Source: Candidatus Latescibacterota bacterium (GTDB taxonomy: Bacteria; Latescibacterota; UBA2968; UBA8231). From it: a stretch of 64,000 nucleotides of DNA. The notes below the pieces were generated by a model. The model was not told where the DNA came from. It saw only the letters and a program-made list of their open reading frames with translations, and did no database searches. Below, piece by piece: positions 61,535 to 64,000 of the stretch. Made by a program: the position numbers and the translations under genes. The first letter of the stretch is position 1. Every line of letters starts with the position of its first letter. The stretch spans positions 224,001 through 288,000 of the forward strand of contig CBDCSU010000005.1 of NCBI GenBank assembly GCA_965221775.1, written 5' to 3'.

Positions 61535-64000
61535 TTAGAGAACACGCGCTTCCTCCAGCGCCTCCAACTGCTGCTTCGAGAAGTCCACCTGCGGCGAGAA
61601 GCGCTGGATGCTGCCGTACTTCTGCACCACCTGCTGGAATTCCTCGGCCGCCTTGCGGTATTCCTCGAGAGCCATGTACGCCGAGGCGATGTTGACGGCT
61701 GCGTTGACCGCCTGGTCGCTCTCCGGGAAGCGCTCGATCACCTCCTTGAAGATCTCGATGGACTCCACGTACTGCTCGCCGTCGAACAAGGACTCGCCGG
61801 CGGCGTAGACGTTGTAGGCCTCGATCTCCGACAGGTGGCCGAGGAGGACCGACGCCTTGCGGCGCAGGGGCCGGTCCTTGGCTTTCAGACGCTGCTCGGG
61901 GAACATCTCCAGGAACTTCCGGTAACTCGCCGAGGCGAGATCGTACTCCTTCTCGCCGTAGTAGTAGTCGCCCAGGGTGAACTGGCTGGCGGCGCCGAAA
62001 TCACCGTCGGGGTGCTCGGCGACGATCCGCTCGAAGAAGGGAAGGGCGTCGGCCTTGGTGTACTCCTCCCCCAGGTCGGAGAGGTGGATGATGGCCCACG
62101 CCTTGTTGTAGAGGGCGTCGTCGACGACGTCCGACCGCGAATAACGGCCCAGGACGGCGTCGTACTTGCGCATGGCCTCCCTGAAGATCCCCTTCTTGTT
62201 TTCCCGCGTCTCGCCCTGGGCCAGGTTGAAGACCGCCTCCCCCGCCCGGAACAGGGACTGGGCCGCGAATTCGGAGCGCGGGAACTTCGAGGCGAGATCT
62301 TGGAAGGTCTCGCTGGACTCGCGCCACTTGCCCATGCGGTACTCGGCAAAGGCGGCGTAGTAGTAGGCATAGACCGCCTTCTCGTCGTCGGGGTAGGCCA
62401 TGTAGTAGGTCCTGAAGGCCTCGGCCACGTAGGGCAGGTACTGCACGTTGCCGTCCCCCGACATCTTGTTGTAGGCGGCTCCGATCTGGAACTGCGCGTT
62501 TCGCGCCCAGCCGATCTGCGGGTAGTTGTCGACGATGGTCTGGTAGGTCTGCACCGCCTTCTCCAGCTCGCCGGCGCGGAAGTGGCTGTTGCCCTGCACG
62601 AAGAGGGCGTTGGCGATGTCCTCCGCGTCGACGGCCAGATCGAGAAGCTGCTGAGAGGCGGCGACGCTCTGCTCGTAACGCCCGAGACGGAAGTAGGCGC
62701 TGGCCATGCGGATCAGCACCCGCACCTTGTCCTCCTGAGTGGTCAGGCGGGTGAGCATGTCCTCGTAGGTGCGGATCGCGTCTTCCGGATCCTGCTTCTC
62801 CGCCATGGAGATCAGCTGCAACTGGGCATTGCGGGCCAGAGTCTCGTCGCCGGACTCGATCACCTGCGTCAACAGCTTCGTGGCCTCCGCGTCCTGCCCC
62901 TGGGCGGCGAAGGAGAGAGCCATGGCGAAGTTGACCTTCAGCTGCATGCTCTCGGGGAGATCCTGGTCGAGGAGCCACTGGTAGTCGGCCAGGGCCCTGG
63001 AGAACCGGTTGGCCTTGTGGTAGGCCAGGGCGCGACCGTAACGGACCTCCCGGATCACCTTCGCCTCGGGGTATTCGTCGATGACCTTCGTGTATCGATT
63101 GATGGCGTCCACGTAGTTGTCGTTGTTGAGGTCGAGCTGGGCGATCTGGTAGTGGGCCTGGGCCTCCAGCGCCCGGTCACCCGTGACTCCCTTCAGCAGT
63201 TGGTCGAGGACCTGGCGGCCCTCTTCGGAGCGGCCGGCGCCGATGTGGATGTTGGCTGCCTCGATCAGGGATGCCACGTAGACCTCGCCGGCCTCGCGGC
63301 CGACGCGGGAGAAGGCGTCGATGGCGCCGTCCAGCTCACCCCTCTGCTTGTAGAGCAGCCCGAGCCCGTAGTTGGCATCGGCGGCATGGCGGGTCTCGCC
63401 GTAGTTGTCGGCGATGATGCGATAGGCCTCGATGGCCTCGTCGAAGCGCTGCTGCTCGGTGTTGACGCGGCCTATCCGCAACAGGCAGAGAGGTGCCTGA
63501 TCGGACCGTGGGAAGCTCTCCACCACCTGTCCGTAGACATCCAGGGCCGTCTCGAAGTCCTCCAGCTTCTCGGAGGACCAGCCGGCGCTGTACAGGGCGT
63601 TGGCCCGCAGGCCGGTGTCGCTGTCGGGATAGAGGGTGGCGACGGCGGAGTACTCCTGACGGGCCTCTTCGAAGTCCCCTGCGAAGTAACGGGCCTCGCC
63701 CTTGTTGTACTGGGCGATGGGCGGGTACGGCGTGTCTCCGTAGAGCTCGATCACCTGGTTGTAGGTGGTGTACGCTTCTTCGAAGCGCTCCTGCTTACCC
63801 GCCGGTTCCTCGGAGCGCTGGCCCCATTCCATGAAGTTGTCGCCGAGGCGCATCTGCACCTTGGCCTTGTAGAACCGCTCCTCGGCCGTCTCCTGGGCCG
63901 TGATCAGCTCCTCGTAGGCCTCCTCGAAGGCGCCCCCCCGCCGATAGATCTCGGCAACGCGTAGAGAGGAGGTCTCGAAGAGCTGCCGGTAGTTGTCGAA
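61535..64000 (-). CDS. Large TPR protein (BamD/CpoB-like repeats), 5' truncated by window edge
   Basis: Frame open from 64000; many repeats A...Y..V...YP.S..A..A.Y. Confidence 0.88.
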   Translation of the reverse strand, partial: FDNYRQLFETSSLRVAEIYRRGGAFEEAYEELITAQETAEERFYKAKVQMRLGDNFMEWGQRSEEPAGKQERFEEAYTTYNQVIELYGDTPYPPIAQYNKGEARYFAGDFEEARQEYSAVATLYPDSDTGLRANALYSAGWSSEKLEDFETALDVYGQVVESFPRSDQAPLCLLRIGRVNTEQQRFDEAIEAYRIIADNYGETRHAADANYGLGLLYKQRGELDGAIDAFSRVGREAGEVYVASLIEAANIHIGAGRSEEGRQVLDQLLKGVTGDRALEAQAHYQIAQLDLNNDNYVDAINRYTKVIDEYPEAKVIREVRYGRALAYHKANRFSRALADYQWLLDQDLPESMQLKVNFAMALSFAAQGQDAEATKLLTQVIESGDETLARNAQLQLISMAEKQDPEDAIRTYEDMLTRLTTQEDKVRVLIRMASAYFRLGRYEQSVAASQQLLDLAVDAEDIANALFVQGNSHFRAGELEKAVQTYQTIVDNYPQIGWARNAQFQIGAAYNKMSGDGNVQYLPYVAEAFRTYYMAYPDDEKAVYAYYYAAFAEYRMGKWRESSETFQDLASKFPRSEFAAQSLFRAGEAVFNLAQGETRENKKGIFREAMRKYDAVLGRYSRSDVVDDALYNKAWAIIHLSDLGEEYTKADALPFFERIVAEHPDGDFGAASQFTLGDYYYGEKEYDLASASYRKFLEMFPEQRLKAKDRPLRRKASVLLGHLSEIEAYNVYAAGESLFDGEQYVESIEIFKEVIERFPESDQAVNAAVNIASAYMALEEYRKAAEEFQQVVQKYGSIQRFSPQVDFSKQQLEALEEARVL

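Noticed and set aside
615-63964. Many long ORFs antisense or frame-shifted to real genes (e.g. 615-3638, 3869-7048, 40014-43766, 43411-48549, 61523-63964)
   Set aside because: Shadow ORFs expected at very high GC with strong GC3 bias; translations are R/G/P/A-rich or mirror codons and lack family motifs

Overview
A very GC-rich, gene-dense bacterial chromosomal segment with no mobile elements or CRISPR. Gene content (ASPIC/UnbV and FG-GAP proteins, PhyH dioxygenase, a lamin-tail protein ending in a WGxIK motif, Minf_1886 family) suggests a diderm of the FCB/PVC-adjacent candidate phyla such as Latescibacterota; this is inference only. It holds about 50 CDSs and one tRNA-Gly(GCC). Housekeeping and envelope genes include PBP1A, rlmN, an M23 peptidase, larC, glgB, recD2, relA/spoT, hisC, mpl, a split dppABC, a NitT/TauT ABC transporter, a DprE1/DprE2 pair, an MlaC-MMPL module and a TPR-ExbB-ExbD-DUF4159 module. 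The best candidate for an undescribed system is a minus-strand operon at about 39.0-49.5 kb. It encodes a roughly 1600-aa nicastrin/nicalin-like pseudo-M28 peptidase fused to a MacB/FtsX permease, an OPT-like transporter with an inserted soluble domain, an internally duplicated Cys/His protein and a stand-alone PqqD/RRE, with no ABC ATPase, radical SAM or obvious precursor peptide in the window. All family assignments come from motif recognition by eye; no searches were run.
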